From: Antedon mediterranea
Taxonomy: Eukaryota; Animalia; Echinodermata
Assembly: GCF_964355755.1 (NCBI RefSeq)
Contig: NC_092677.1
Span: 24,043,175 to 24,107,174 of the forward strand
DNA length: 64,000 bases
Direction: 5' to 3'
In this document: positions 42,668 through 55,541 of the stretch, piece after piece
Position numbering within the stretch: position 1 is the first letter of the stretch
How the letters are laid out: every line of letters begins with the position of its first letter
Position numbers and translations under genes: made by a program
The notes under the pieces: generated by a model
What the model was told of the DNA's origin: nothing
Seen by the model: the letters and a program-made list of their open reading frames with translations, nothing else
Database searches by the model: none

Positions 42668-44260
42668 CAGCGGTGGCTCCAGGATCTTCCCGACGCGGGG
42701 GGCTATATTCCCCGACGAGGGGTCTATGCTAGCGAAGAGAGCATCATTAGGCTGTGGGCCCCCCATGAGGGCCCGGGGGGCGAAGCCCGCTTAAGAAACG
42801 CGTTCTAGCGTCATTTGAGGCCATTTTAATCACATTTAGGGTAGCCACTTTTTCCATTTTTTTATAATGCATAAATAAAATACTGTGTGCAAAAAAAAAA
42901 CGATGCACGATGACTGTTTCAATCCATATTTTTCAATTTAAAAAATAAAAGTTCAAAATATGACTATCGGGTAAATTTTAGCATAGAATTAATTAAAAAT
43001 TAATATACGCGAACGTAAATTCCCACACTTCAAAACATAAAAACAAAATAGTTAGTCCCTATAATGGTTGTGACTGAGCTAAGAAATTTTTGAAAAATAG
43101 AGCTGTTAGGTCACGGAAAATGCACTTATTGTACTTCGAAATATGACCAGCTTTATGGTTGGCGCTGGTCTAAGAAAATGTTTAAAACTAGAGCTGCAGT
43201 TCTTAAAAAATTGCATCTTATACTTTGGAAACATCAGGCCTAGAGGCTTAAAAAAGCGGTTCGTTTTGCCTTTATTTGGGGAGGTGGGGGTGCGTCCGCA
43301 AGCGTAGACCCTTTTAAGTCGGGAAAATCAGTTTATACCTCCCAAATATATGCGTGCGTACTATCTGGACTTCTGAGTGGTGAGAAGTTCATGACATGCA
43401 GGACATTGAAAATGTGATAAATTAGCTATAATACGATGTAGGCTAAACAAAAAATGGCATGTTTTGTTATGTTAGTTCATTTTTATACTAGGTGACCTCT
43501 TCAATCAAAGACTGATCTCCCAGAGGGCCCAGTTGGTGATCAGTGGCTGTGATGTACTAATACACCGGGGTAACCCCTTACTCGTCTTGACAGATGTACT
43601 AGGTTCTTTAAAGTGCACACGAGCTAGTTGTGTACACTGGACCTACGGTTTATAGTCCTTATCCGAGAAGACTCGTTCTACCACCAGAACCATGGAGTTA
43701 GTGAGCCTCGAACCCTTGCCGATGTTATGGCTACGTAATTACGGTTCCACTGTCTTAACCGCTCGGTCACTCACTCATTAGTAATGTATGAAATATTTAT
43801 TTTAGGTGCCCCACGGTACAGAGGGTTACCTAAAAATTGGTGAACATATATGAACAATTAACATAAATTGTTTTTGCTGTAGTGTAGCATACTGTACGTC
43901 GATACACAGTACACGGCATAACCGTCGGTAAACTTCGCCTGGAAAGTAACTACAGTACACATTTTGGTCCCTGTATGGAACATGATATCACGCGTCTGGA
44001 CCCAACGTTGAACGATTCGTACAAAGGGATACTGCCAGACTAGTGTGTACCTAGCTATTGTTTAGTAGTATAGATCGCTGGCAATAATGAATGCATATAA
44101 AGTGCATTTAATAGCCCTCCGACGTACTCACAGTCAATAGGACGTCGAGGTTTTCTTGGCACTGAAGCTACGAAGTGAACGCGAACGATTTTTACTGTAT
44201 ATTATATTCCCCGACAAAAAGTACCCGTGTTCCCCGACGAGGGGGCTAGAGCCCCCGCTG
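42668..44260. mobile_element. Non-autonomous hAT element with a nested SINE
   Basis: TIRs CAGCGGTGGCTCCAG / CTAGAGCCCCCGCTG; exact 8-bp TSD ATATTGAA; subterminal CCCCGACGAGGGG repeats. Confidence 0.9.
43481..43777 (-). mobile_element. tRNA-derived SINE, family 1 (Nin/Deu-domain-like core)
   Basis: Reverse complement of 49938-50243; A-box TGACCGAGCGG, B-box GGTTCGAGGC. Confidence 0.88.
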
Positions 44261-44953
44261 ATATTGAACAGCACACTGTTTTTTCGTTTGTGTAATTTTT
44301 TACCCTAATACCACAATGTGTGCCTATGTGAATGGAGGTATTCAGTACTATGCATGACAGTGTTACTATCTGTATACTAACAGGCTGAGTACTATTGATG
44401 ATAACCAATTATTTTATAAACATCAGACAGTGTCATACTGTAGCCTTATTTAATTTCATCTAGCAGTTAAGTCTTTTTTACACGTTTAAATTAGTCAAGT
44501 CAAATTTGCTGGAAATGAAATGCGAGCCTAGCTGGATTTACGGTGAGACACCTGGGCGGGTTGTTATTACAGCTGATCATAGTAGAGTCAACGACGATTG
44601 CCACGAGTTATTTAAGTAGGCCTACTTTTACAAGTCAAATGAAGTTTCTGGTTTTACAGTAAACAAAAGCTAACCTAATATGATGGGGATTTTGAGGCTT
44701 AAAAAAATAGAGCGCTATTTTACAAATCGGATGTCAAGCGCCACCATTCCTACTAGGCCATGCATGTTTCCAACAAGGAATCGTCTGTGTGCGAGTATAA
44801 ACTTCTGTATTATTGTCATGCAAAATATAAGAATAAAAATATTCATTTTATTATTATTTTTGGAAGAATTATTGAAAATTATTAAATGACTACAAAAAGT
44901 ATAATAAATTGCTATTTAGATTAATGTTAATATACTGTACTGTAGAAAGTTAA

Positions 44954-45575
44954 AGACACCTTCCCTACGTTTATTAGATCTAATTTAAGATCACAAACTA
45001 TATTTAATGTAAAAATAATAATATATGGTCCTATTGCAATAACTTTTTTTGTCTTTTAACTTTCTTTTGGTTAAAAATGTGAAAATAAGTTGATTCTATA
45101 GTGGCCCGCTATAAATCCCAAAATGCATTGAGCGCGGATTGATATTTTTGTTTTTCTTCTGTAATTTACCCACTTTTCGATCGATCGTGAGGCCAAAACA
45201 AATGGAAGACTCCTAAACTTTTCAGCGAAAATACCAGGTTTTCCCCAATTTGTATCAACGGAGTCTGGCAAAAATAGAAAGACAATTAATGCAGCAACTA
45301 TACAACGTCAGGCTAGGTATATAGCTAGCGTACGATGTTCGTACATTACCGATGTTTACCAGCTAGGCCTACAACACTAAGCCATAGCTAGGCTAGGCCT
45401 AAAGACCGCCCACGAGAGGTCATTCGCTGCGAGCTACTTAGGTAGTGCATTGTTTCTCACTTTTTATCATAATTTACCATAAAACATACATTTAAGACAA
45501 GAAATGACCTCATGGTTCAATGTTTTTAAAGTGTATTATTTTTACGAAACGTCACAAATTGTAGGGAAGGTGTCT
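44954..45575. mobile_element. Kolobok-type non-autonomous element
   Basis: TIRs AGACACCTTCCCTAC / GTAGGGAAGGTGTCT; TTAA TSD; RR..YY termini. Confidence 0.85.
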
Positions 45576-46044
45576 TTAAATAGTAAATATTGAAATAATG
45601 TGCCAATCAAGAGCCTAGTGTACTACCAGAACATTTTTTATATTTGTTAAAATCATCTGCCAACTTTTGACAAAAACCATCATAAAAATAGTAACTTTTT
45701 TATTATTTAAAAATTGAATGTTTAAATAGGGGTTGTGGGGCTGCATTTTTTAAAAGTGATGCGGGATTGTCTTTTTTAGTAACGTCAAATTAAAAAAATA
45801 TATATTTAATTTAAAATTAACAGACAATTATTGTAGGCTTTGGTTGGCTATTATTTAGATTAAGGCACTCAGCTGTATGTATTTGTTTTTTTAGATACAA
45901 TTTTTGGTCATTTTGTAATTCATATATTATGGAATTAAAATGACCTATTCAATAAAAAAGTTTTTTAAATTATGTTTTTACAAGGGGGACAAACAAATAT
46001 TCTGTTGTAAAGTATTTAGGTATCAATTAATATTCTAAGCTTAA

Positions 46045-46370
46045 GGATGTATTGTCCCCAAATACATGAAAAATGAAGATTAATTAAATCAGACTTTGAA
46101 GGTTATTTTGTAGTTTTTATAAAGTTAATCACTTCTGAAGAAAAAGAACGAAAAAAAAATGTTTTCACTTATAAAATAACATAATAAATGGTTAAATTCA
46201 ATCAAAACTCCATTGCCTAGCAGCATTTTTTCTTTAAATTACAGTTTTTCAGGTAAATAATTTTTTTCCGGCCCAATTTTTGGTCAAAGTGAATAACTAT
46301 TATGTGACATTAAAATGGTGATTCAACAACAAAAATTTGTACAATTATTTTTCAGGGGGACAATACATCT
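46045..46370. mobile_element. Kolobok-type MITE
   Basis: TIRs GGATGTATTGTCCCC / GGGGACAATACATCT; TTAA TSD; inverted second copy at 57858-58205. Confidence 0.85.
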
Positions 46371-46922
46371 TTAAGCTCTAACTTACAGTAAAGCTCTATA
46401 AATAGTATTTGTAATGATTATTGCTGATAATCCATTGTTATGTAAAACTTAATAGTTCAGTAAAAACACAAAATAATAAGTATTAAAAAATAAAATATTC
46501 ACAGATTGATTGGTTTTATAGCCATGATCAATTTGATAAAGTTAGAATGATATTTTATAATAACTGTTTGAAAATGATAATGTCACATTAATTTGTAAAC
46601 ATATTGATTCATTTCATACTGTAACAGGCAGTGAATATTTGATTAGAACCTGCAGAGGAAAAATCCATATCTTAGGTTCATTGTGCCTTAGCATTGTAGT
46701 AATATACAAGTTCTTCTTTATTGTTATGCAGACCAATTGATTCTGAAAACAGATGCTTCTACATAGTCAAGATGTTATGTGTACAGAACATTACATTAAT
46801 AGGCAAAATAATATAAATGATAGTGACTCCTTTATCTCTTTGTTGTTTATTAATCTACTCAATCAAAGCAATTACAGAATAATTAAATATAATGTTAATA
46901 AATATATAAGCCCATTTGTGTA

Positions 46923-47231
46923 AGGGCGTGTGGTGCAATGTGTTGCAATGTGTTGGCCATTCGACTACTGATCGAGGTTCGGATCCAACTCTCGCTGCAT
47001 TGCTTGTATACTTTAGGCAAGAAACTTCACTTACGTTTGCCTATATCCACCCAGGTGTATAAATATGAGCCCGTTTAGATCAAGACACAAATTTGCACTG
47101 ATTACTACAGTAGTAGTAGTATTTCCAAAAAATGTTTGATCTAAAAAAATTGACTGGGGTAATAATGTTCAGCGCTTTAGATGTTTCACAACATTAGGCG
47201 CTTTATAAATCCAGGATATTATTATTATTAC
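46923..47231 (+). mobile_element. tRNA-derived CORE-type SINE with L2-like tail
   Basis: GTGGTGCAATG..GGTTCGGATCC head; CTTTAGGCAAGAAACTT..CCACCCAGGTGTATAAAT core; AGCGCTTTAGA..GGCGCTTTATAAAT..(ATT)n tail. Related fragment at ~57372-57490. Confidence 0.7.
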
Positions 47232-47607
47232 TGTACTGTATTACATTATTTTAAAGAATTAAAAAACCCTTGAAAAAATGTAATATGTTTTATAAATGAC
47301 AAAATCATGAGAAAAACATTTTGAAAGTGATTAAAATTGTTGTAAATTGTACTCAATGTACAGTAGTGTGTATAATAAAAACATACTAACTGTATTTTAA
47401 ACATGCATAACCCTAAAAAAAAAACAGCAAAATAGAGCATTGTTTTCTATAAATGGTAATAAATAATATGACAGAAATAATGTGAATGTAAATCTTTTAA
47501 TATTGTTGGTTTGTAATAATCTATCCATGTTTGTAAAAAACCATATTTGCACATTCTATGAACTGTACAGCGTATGGTGGTCTATGTCATCTTGTGCAGG
47601 TTGGGGA

Positions 47608-47860
47608 GTGGAGTTGTGGCTTGGTGGTTATGATGCTTGGTGGTTATGATGCTTGGCTACCACTTCAAGGGTCCTGGGTTCAAGTCCCATCACATGTCTG
47701 GATTTTTTCTAAGGACAAAATTTCAACTCCACTCCCAAAGACTTATAAGACTTTGTTTATGTAGAGCATCTTGTGTATATTTTTGTCTTGTGAACCTTTG
47801 AGGGTCCCTAATGATCAAAAATTGTTGGATGGATCACCCTCATTAAATATGGTAAAAAAA
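47608..47860 (+). mobile_element. tRNA-derived SINE, family 2
   Basis: GTGGCTTGGTGG A-box (locally duplicated), GGGTTCAAGTCCC B-box, A-rich tail; inverted copy at 57033-57281. Confidence 0.85.
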
Positions 47861-48056
47861 ACAACAGGAAATGCATTTATGATATGTAGTAGATGGATGA
47901 AGTCATTGTATTAACCATGTGACTATGTGGCGTTGGTTTATTTATAAACACATTAGGCGCAGAACAGGAATTCTAAACCGCCCGGTGATATACTGAAAAT
48001 TAATTAATTAATTTGAAACGATAAAGATGAGGAAATCTGTGAGAATGAAAAAAAAT

Positions 48057-48130
48057 TGCCCCAACCGAGATCCAAACCCGGAACATTCTGCTTGATATGC
48101 ATATGTCCTAACCATTAGATCACTGGGGCT
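48057..48130 (-). pseudogene. Degenerate tRNA-like sequence (SINE head or tRNA pseudogene)
   Basis: Minus strand GCCCCAGTGATCTAATGGTTAGGAC...CCGGGTTTGGATCTCGG-TTGGGGCA: acceptor stem and D-loop recognisable, T-loop mutated. Confidence 0.55.
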
Positions 48131-48142
48131 TTCATGGTATAG

Positions 48143-48456
48143 TATACAAATAATGAATGTTTTGTATTCGTGTAATGGTACAAATAATGGCACTTGGTGA
48201 ATGATGAAAGGTTATATCAACTCGGCTTTGCCTCGTTGATATAACCTTTCATCATTCACCTCGTGCCATTATTTGTACCATTGCACTCATAAACATTCAT
48301 TATTTGTTTTATATAACATCTAACATTTTTTTTTCGTACACAAAAATTTTTCAAAAAGTACTATTTAACGATCGTTGAATAGTGCGTACTATTGCACGCC
48401 ATGTGACCCACATTCGTCCAATCAAATGACAGGAATTTATATAGGTGTTATATAAT
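48143..48456. mobile_element. Crypton-like non-autonomous element with ~160-bp hairpin
   Basis: Long inverted repeat 48146-48307 centred on TCAACTCGGCTTTGCCTCGTTGA, followed by TTATATAACA...TGTTATATAA. No TSD. Confidence 0.55.
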
Positions 48457-48728
48457 TCATGTTATAGCACCTCTTTAACATTCTCGGCGTGGTACAATTA
48501 TTTTTTTCTTTATATAATTTTTCTTCTTCTTCTTGAGCTATGGAGAATCTTGTACTCTGTATTCTTTTTTTTTCGAAATAAAAGATGAAATGAAAAGAAA
48601 TAAAAAGCAAAACTAAACTTCACAAAGCCCACAGACATAATAACCTAATTATTTTAAAGGTGCAGCAAAAATAGGCACATAATTGAACATTATGCAACCT
48701 ATTAATTCAGCTTAAATGTTGGTTTGAT

Positions 48729-49295
48729 TACCATAAATCTTCTAATACTAGTAACCCCCCTTCTAATAGTAACCCACACTCTAATAGTAACCCACCTTCT
48801 AATAGTAACCCACCTTATAAGTTAATCTATAATAATAACCCACTACTCTAATAGTAACCCATGGGGGTTACTATTAGAGTCACAAAAACTTATGATGCAG
48901 CTGTAGGAGATAATGCATGTTGATCTCAGGAGTGGGGGAAGGATTGAGTGTTTTTGAGTTTATAAAATAAAGTTGGAGTTCTGTTTAAACGTACTGTTTT
49001 ATTATTTTGCTATGAGTTGCTGACCGGAAATTTAGGAACAAATTACTATTTTCAGGTGCATAATTTAAGATTAGTAATAGTAAAAAGCTATACAAAACAA
49101 CCTTATTGCTAAAAATACAATACAAAACTGTTTCTCGACTCAAAAATTAGTTTGATTAGCAATATTGCTAAACAAAATTTTAAAATGAAATTTTTCCCTG
49201 TCTAATAGTAACCCCCCTTCTAATAGTAACCCACCCTAAAAAACAATCAAAGAATAATAACCCAGGGTTACAATTAGAATAGAAGATTTATGGTA
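48729..49295. mobile_element. Tc1/mariner-type MITE with internal CTAATAGTAACCC repeats
   Basis: TA-CCATAAATCTTCTA / TAGAAGATTTATGG-TA ends; subterminal tandem repeats at both ends. Confidence 0.8.
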
Positions 49296-49381
49296 TGAGC
49301 CAGTGACAGATCCGGGATATTGTAAAAAGTTAGGATCTCCTTGGATCCACCCACTGTTCAGTATGTGAACATTCATGCATG

Positions 49382-50563
49382 TACCGTATATTTCGGTGTA
49401 TAAGTCGCACCTGTGTATAAGACGCACCCCCTACTGAGAGTAAAATATCGGTATTTTTTATATCGTCGATGTATAAGACGCACCTTATATTTCATCAAAA
49501 CAATGTTTTTTTTAAATTGTAATCAATATTATTGTAATAAATATTATTGTAATAATATATTTTGTTATATCTACAACGGCGTCCTTTATCTTTATTTAGG
49601 TTTTTTCTTACCTAGGCTCGGCCACGCCCAGCCTCAACAAGTTGTTTCTAACTTGTTATTCATGAGTTTCGCACCCGCAACATCGAGTGCATGACCGTGT
49701 GTGTAACACGCACGTGTGTGGGCTAGCCTCGCTCGATCATTTCGAGAGGGCGCACGTTTTCACGGACAATCGTATTCGATTAGTATCTACTGTATGTATC
49801 TGAGAAGTGTGTACGTTAGGTCCATGCTATAATCACCTTGAGAATATACTAGTCGAATACCATACAACATGTGGCCGCCAAGAAGGGCTTGCGCTGGGGG
49901 TACGGCGGTCGGCGGTATAACTATAAATAAATAAATAGTGGGTGAGTGGCCGAGCGGTTAAGACAGTGGAACCGCAATTACGTAGCCATAACATCGGCAT
50001 GGGTTCGAGGCTCACTCACTCCATGGTTCTGGTGGTAGAACGAGTCTTCTCGGATAAGGACTATAAACCGTAGGTCCAGTGTACACATCTAGCTCGTGTG
50101 CACTTTAAAGAACCTAGTACATCTTTCGAGACGAGTAGGGGGTTACCCCGGTGTATTAGTACATCACAGCCACTGATCACCAACTGGGCCCTCTGGGAGA
50201 CCAGTCTTTGACTGAAGAGGTTACCCAGTATAAATATATATTTCAATTCAATTCAAATACTATTCCAATCGTAAACGTTTACAAATGAAATTTTATTGGA
50301 GTGCCTAAAACAGCTCCATAATAAACAAATCTTTTCATCATATTTAGTATAATATCACGCTAAAATGCTTTGAAAACTAGGCAGAAGCAGGTTGCCGTTA
50401 CGTTAGTACACTGTAGCTAGGCCTACTCAGGCCTAGCCAACAAGGTGACGATATGTACACTCTGTGTGGTGAGGTATTTATGTTCGGTGTATAAGACGCA
50501 CCCTTAATTTAGAGGTCAAATTTGGGTGTCAAAAGTGCGACTTATACACCGAAATATATGGTA
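49382..50563. mobile_element. pogo/Tigger-type non-autonomous element with a nested SINE
   Basis: TA-CCGTATATTTCGGTGTATAAGTCGCAC / GTGCGACTTATACACCGAAATATATGG-TA; internal GTATAAGACGCACC repeats. Confidence 0.88.
49938..50243 (+). mobile_element. tRNA-derived SINE, family 1 (Nin/Deu-domain-like core)
   Basis: A-box TGGCCGAGCGG, B-box GGGTTCGAGGC. Core GTCTTCTCGGATAAGGACTATAAACCGTAGGTCC..GTGCACTTTAAAGAACC resembles the invertebrate Nin domain. Confidence 0.88.
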
Positions 50564-51027
50564 CATACTGTTCATCTATAGTATTTCCACAACTACAGAA
50601 CAGAAGTATTAATACATCTTATAACTATAAAGATCATTCTTCTTTCACTCATACTGTAGATTATTGCCAAGCAGCTGTGCATAAACTTAGATTCTATTTG
50701 ACAATGATGATTCAATCTTGTTGTTTGTAGAGCCTATTCTCCGACTGCACTTTGTCTAGCCCTATCACTTTCCAGTCGTTTACCTTTATTTGTACCCAGT
50801 TATACTTGAGTTTTAAGAGCACAAATATTAATACAATGTCACAACTGGATGAATGGATCATCTTCCCCTGAATTATAACTTGTAACATTCTTGGTCTCGC
50901 CATTCTTAAAAATAATCAAGATTTTTAAAATAATAATAATATAATAATTTATTTGGAAGCTACATGTTTGAAACAGTGACACACTTCTTGAATGAAGGTG
51001 TGTTCAGAGTAAGTAAAATAAAAGTTA

Positions 51028-51748
51028 GGGCCTGTTCGTAGGGGTTGAAAATACCAGCTTATTCCCGATTTCCGTTCGCGTGATCCAATTAACTTTTGCC
51101 TCAGGCTACAAAAAATTCGAGGCAAAATGTTCACCAAATTTGCAGGTTATTTCAGCGATAATCCAATTATACTCGGCCTTCGAGGATAATAAATCTCCGA
51201 TAGAGGTAATGTGTCAAATTTTGACAAACGTTCGCTGCCTAGGCCCGTCATTTCTCCTACGAAGCTCTTACATACACGCTTCGAGGGCGATCGTCAGCTG
51301 GTGCTGTCCTTGTTGGTGTAGACCGCTTAGGAATACACCCCGTTTAGTAGTAGGCCTAGCTGGTCGGTGGTGTTTCCGTCGTGTAACATTGGGCTCAAAT
51401 TCTTCATCAATGAGTAAAATAATGGTCGTCAGGAGAAGGCATATTTCGGCAGGATTATCGGCGTTAAGAGGCATAAGGTTTGTCGCAAGGATAAGCAGTG
51501 TAAAAGGTAGCAAGTAATTGTTATAGTAAAGAAAGATCGCGAGTAAAAAATATACAACACGAAACTAGCGTGCGAAAATGGGGTCGTAGGTTGTAAAGAC
51601 AACTGACCTTAAAACGTAATTTCCGGTTTGTGATTCGTCGATTAAGCATTTAAGCGGTTAAATATTTCAAGTACGAACAACGCTCAATTTATAACCCGAG
51701 GCATGGGTGAAATTAAGCGCTTATTTTAACCACCGTACGAACACGACC
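51028..51748. mobile_element. PIF/Harbinger internal-deletion derivative
   Basis: TIRs GGGCCTGTTCGTA / TACGAACACGACC; TTA TSD; an empty-site paralog at ~51865-51980 supports the boundaries. Confidence 0.85.
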
Positions 51749-52777
51749 TTAGAGGGAAAAAATGATTTAACAATAGGCCTATTTACAGTACAAGGAACCT
51801 TGAAATAAATTACAGTACAGTATCTACAAGATATAAAAAAATAACATTACCAAAAGTAATACTTTTGAAATAGTGGCACACTTCTTGAATGAAGGTGCGT
51901 CCATAGTACAGTAAAGTAAAATAAAAGTTAGAGGAGAAAAAAAAAAAATTTAACAGATGGCCTATTTGCAGTACAAGGAAACAAAAAAAATGTGATGTGC
52001 CCATATATGGGCATGATGATGTCATATCACTACCATATTTGTGCATATCACTACCTTATTTAGGCAGATCACACTCTTTTTGTCAATTTAGTTTGATAGT
52101 GTAGACAGAGCTTTAAAATAATTGAATCAATATTGTCAACAAAATATTTGAAGCACAACAGGTTGCTTGCAATATTCTACCTATTGTTTCTTGTAAAGCA
52201 GATTGCTTCTAAATTCATTTACCTATTTAACCACAGCTTATTAATATACATAAGGAATACTATTCACATTCTGAGCACACATCCTTTGTCCTTCTTTTTA
52301 CATCTGTTCCAATACACAAATCAGGCTCGTGACAGCTGAGCTTGGTGGAGTATTGTTCCAAATCAGTCAACTGCCTACATTTCAACCATATTCAATGCCG
52401 AAATGCCTACTTCGGAGGTTCACATAAAAATCTTTAAACAGCTTGCATATATTGTCAAACATCAATGAATTTAATGTTCATAAATTATCTATAAATATTT
52501 ATGTGTTTGGTCTCGCTTTAAATTTACATATTGTATTTAAATTAGTTTTCACTTTTTGTGTGTCAACACTATTTGCTATCCAATAATATTTTCACAGACA
52601 CAGGCCTGTATGAGCAAATTTACTCCATTTTTAAATAGACTACCGTAGTAGTACTACTCTTGCATAAAAAAACTATGTTTAAATAACCATGAGTTTTTTA
52701 ATGAAATCGGTTTAATCGGTTAGGTTTTGGATATGAATACCCAGTGTATTTCTGTTCAAGTTTTACAGTACATTTAA

Positions 52778-53330
52778 CTGTTTGTTAGCAGGATTACACA
52801 ACAAGTTATTCCAAGATCTTTACCAAAATGAAAACACAGATAGATATGTGGACAAGGACCACTACATTAAATTTTGGAGGCAATCTGTACCACTATCCCA
52901 ATTCTGGACCACTTTTTAGTATTTTCAGACCTGCTAATTGTTAAAAGATGAGACAGAATTTTCACATTAGTTGCATTTTCTCGAGAATTACTTGTCCAAA
53001 AAACATCATTTTTATACAAGAGGCATGAGTTATAATTTGTGATTTGTAATTTTAAAACATAATTTGATTTAATGTACAGGTTTTTTGATACGAGTAGTTT
53101 TAAAAAACATTTCTTTTAAAATTCACCCGTTTGTTTTTGGTTTTGTTAGTCAATTGAAACTATTGTAATAGTTGAAACCTTTACACCAAACACATGCTTG
53201 TAGTGAAATTAGCCTAAATCACACACAGTATTAAGACACACTCAAATTGTTATATTTTTTTCCGGAGAAATCATAGGAGGATAATTTACTACAGTAGGCG
53301 GAGGTATGCACTCTCTGAGTGGCTTTCTAG
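52778..53330 (+). mobile_element. 5'-truncated HINE of an unrelated third family
   Basis: 3' end GGCGGAGGTA-TG-CACTC(TCT)GAGTG-GCTTTCTAG|TT (subTIR, hairpin, CTAG). Body starts TGTTTGTTAGCAGGATTAC. Confidence 0.65.
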
Positions 53331-53624
53331 TTCTATATAAAATAGTTTTTGTCTGGCCATAATGCATTTAGTATTTCACAAAACCTGTTCAACAGTCAAT
53401 AGAGAAGATCCAAGATGCAATCATAATTAAAACTTGTTGTCAGTAGTAACAGCTGAGCATGTTTGATTATGATATTTTGATAACAAGGCTTATTATTTGT
53501 AAATATTATTATATAACATAAATATTATAAAGATTTAAATAAATTATCACTTAAATTATTATACTATTATAAATTTAATAAAAATATATTAATCAAGTTT
53601 TTTCTGGGTTAGTGAATGACTTAA

Positions 53625-54753
53625 AATGGACCTGAAATGGATTTTCGATTTTTTTCATTTTAGAATGATGTTTTGGGGGCTATTAGGTGTTGCTAGAATG
53701 TATATTGTTACAAAATATAAATTGGCCCTTTTGGGGAAAGCCCCATTTGAAAATCAAAAAAATTCGCGGGTGACGTCACTTTGCGAATATATTCCTATCC
53801 CTCCAATGGAAAATTTGCAGTTTTTTGGCTATAACTCTTGAAATCTATGGAGTATTTTCTAAAAAATGCTTGTGCATTTGCAGAAACGTATTTAGAATTT
53901 TTTTAGATAAAATTATTACCGCATAAACGGTTATTCATCGAGTAAATGACGATTTAAAATCTTAAAATCAACGGTTTTTTTCTGGCAATACCGAAGTTGG
54001 CCTGGCAACGTTGTCCGGGATACAGCTCCGTGCGCAATGATGCGTATCCATATTTTCCGTTCGTGTATTTTGTATATCGTTCGTAATTTATACTGCTAAA
54101 ATGTGTTAGTTTCTTTAGTTTTTAGTTTAGCAGAATTAAATTAGTAATATGAGATGATAATTTATTTGTCACGAATCAGGCAGTTCGAAAACGAATGTTA
54201 TTCATATTTTACTTTGGCTTGACAATGAGCGCAGCAAGTTGTTGATATCGCTTTGGTCCTTGGATGCACATGAAACGGAGCCTCGCCGCATGATGTGGGT
54301 GGTGGATCGACTCCGCGCGCTGGATTGGGGGCCTAGAGGCCTAGTAAAGGTTTGGGAGGTAGGCCTTCTAAATTCGTGTTTTAGAACAAACGAAGTACAT
54401 TTTAGGGACCTATATTTCAACAACATTAGATATTGAATAAATTAGTATTAGTGTCAACGCTTCGCGTATCTTTCCAGGCCGTCGATCATTCACTGACTAT
54501 CGGGTGGCATACACGCTCTCGATATCATCGTGTGTATGTGACGTCGTGAATATAGAGGCTTCCGACGGCCGTTGAAATAGAATATTGCAATGGCGTGAGT
54601 AATTTTCGCTAATTTACCATGGTATCTTAAAATTTCGTTTTTACTCAAAATACTATACATTTTGTTTTTATTTGTATGGGTTTGTGTTAATTTGATACAT
54701 TTAAATAAGATGTGTGAATTTCTTGAAAATCGAAATTCCATTTCAGGTCCATT
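53625..54753. mobile_element. Kolobok-type non-autonomous element
   Basis: TIRs AATGGACCTGAAATGGA / TCCATTTCAGGTCCATT; TTAA TSD. Confidence 0.85.
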
Positions 54754-55409
54754 TTAATAAAAATATAAATGGTCTATTCGATTTTACATTTTTTTCATCT
54801 TTATTATTTTTGTGTGTTTTGTGAGATAATATTAATACATTATAATATTTAATAACTTATCTCATAGTACTCTTCTACCGAGGAAGGCTTTAGTGTTACT
54901 GGAAAAAAATTGTTCTGATTTAGCATTTTTTAGTATCTCCATTGACATCCAGGAGAAGCATTGTCATTTTTTCAGTAATTTGAATTTTGATTTAAATAAT
55001 AATTAGTATACTATTATATGATTATTTTTTTCACAATAATACTGATAGTATACTACAATTGCATACCTGTATTTTCTATAGATCCTTTAAGCAATACTAT
55101 AAGAATATATAGATCAAAATTTATTTAATTAATTTGCTTTTTAAACTTGTCATAATCCTAAGGATTTAGTTATTCACATTGTTGCATTCTATTTGTGTGC
55201 GTGTAATGTGTAATAATGTATAATATCAGATCGGAGCGTAGTCATGATGTTGTTGGATTAATGTAATTGCTTGCATATCCTGCCATTCATTAGTAAGGGA
55301 ATAACTATAGCATGCTCATCATAAGCTACTATATGTACTTCTGTCAAAGTGTCTAGTAGCCATGAATTAGTTTATACATACAGTAGACATATTTAGTATC
55401 AATAGCATA

Positions 55410-55541
55410 AAAGATATAGAAACGATTCGGAGAATAGCAGAAAACAGACAGGATTGAAGAAAAGCAATCCGAGATATAAGCAAAGCAGCCGAGGCGGGAA
55501 AGTCATCAGACTATCTGGCGAACCGGCAATAAACAACAACA
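55410..55541 (+). mobile_element. RTE-clade LINE 3' fragment
   Basis: Reads DIETIRRIAENRQD*RKAIRDISKAAEA (AxxRxxWR motif with Trp mutated to stop); ends in a short (ACA)n tail. Confidence 0.55.

Noticed and set aside
49938-50015. Functional tRNA genes at the SINE heads (also 47608, 48057, 57281)
   Set aside because: No complete cloverleaf with canonical arms; most continue into a shared dispersed-repeat body.
51080-51517. 145-aa + strand ORF inside the Harbinger derivative
   Set aside because: No DDE or Myb/SANT signature; probably the antisense of a decayed transposase start.
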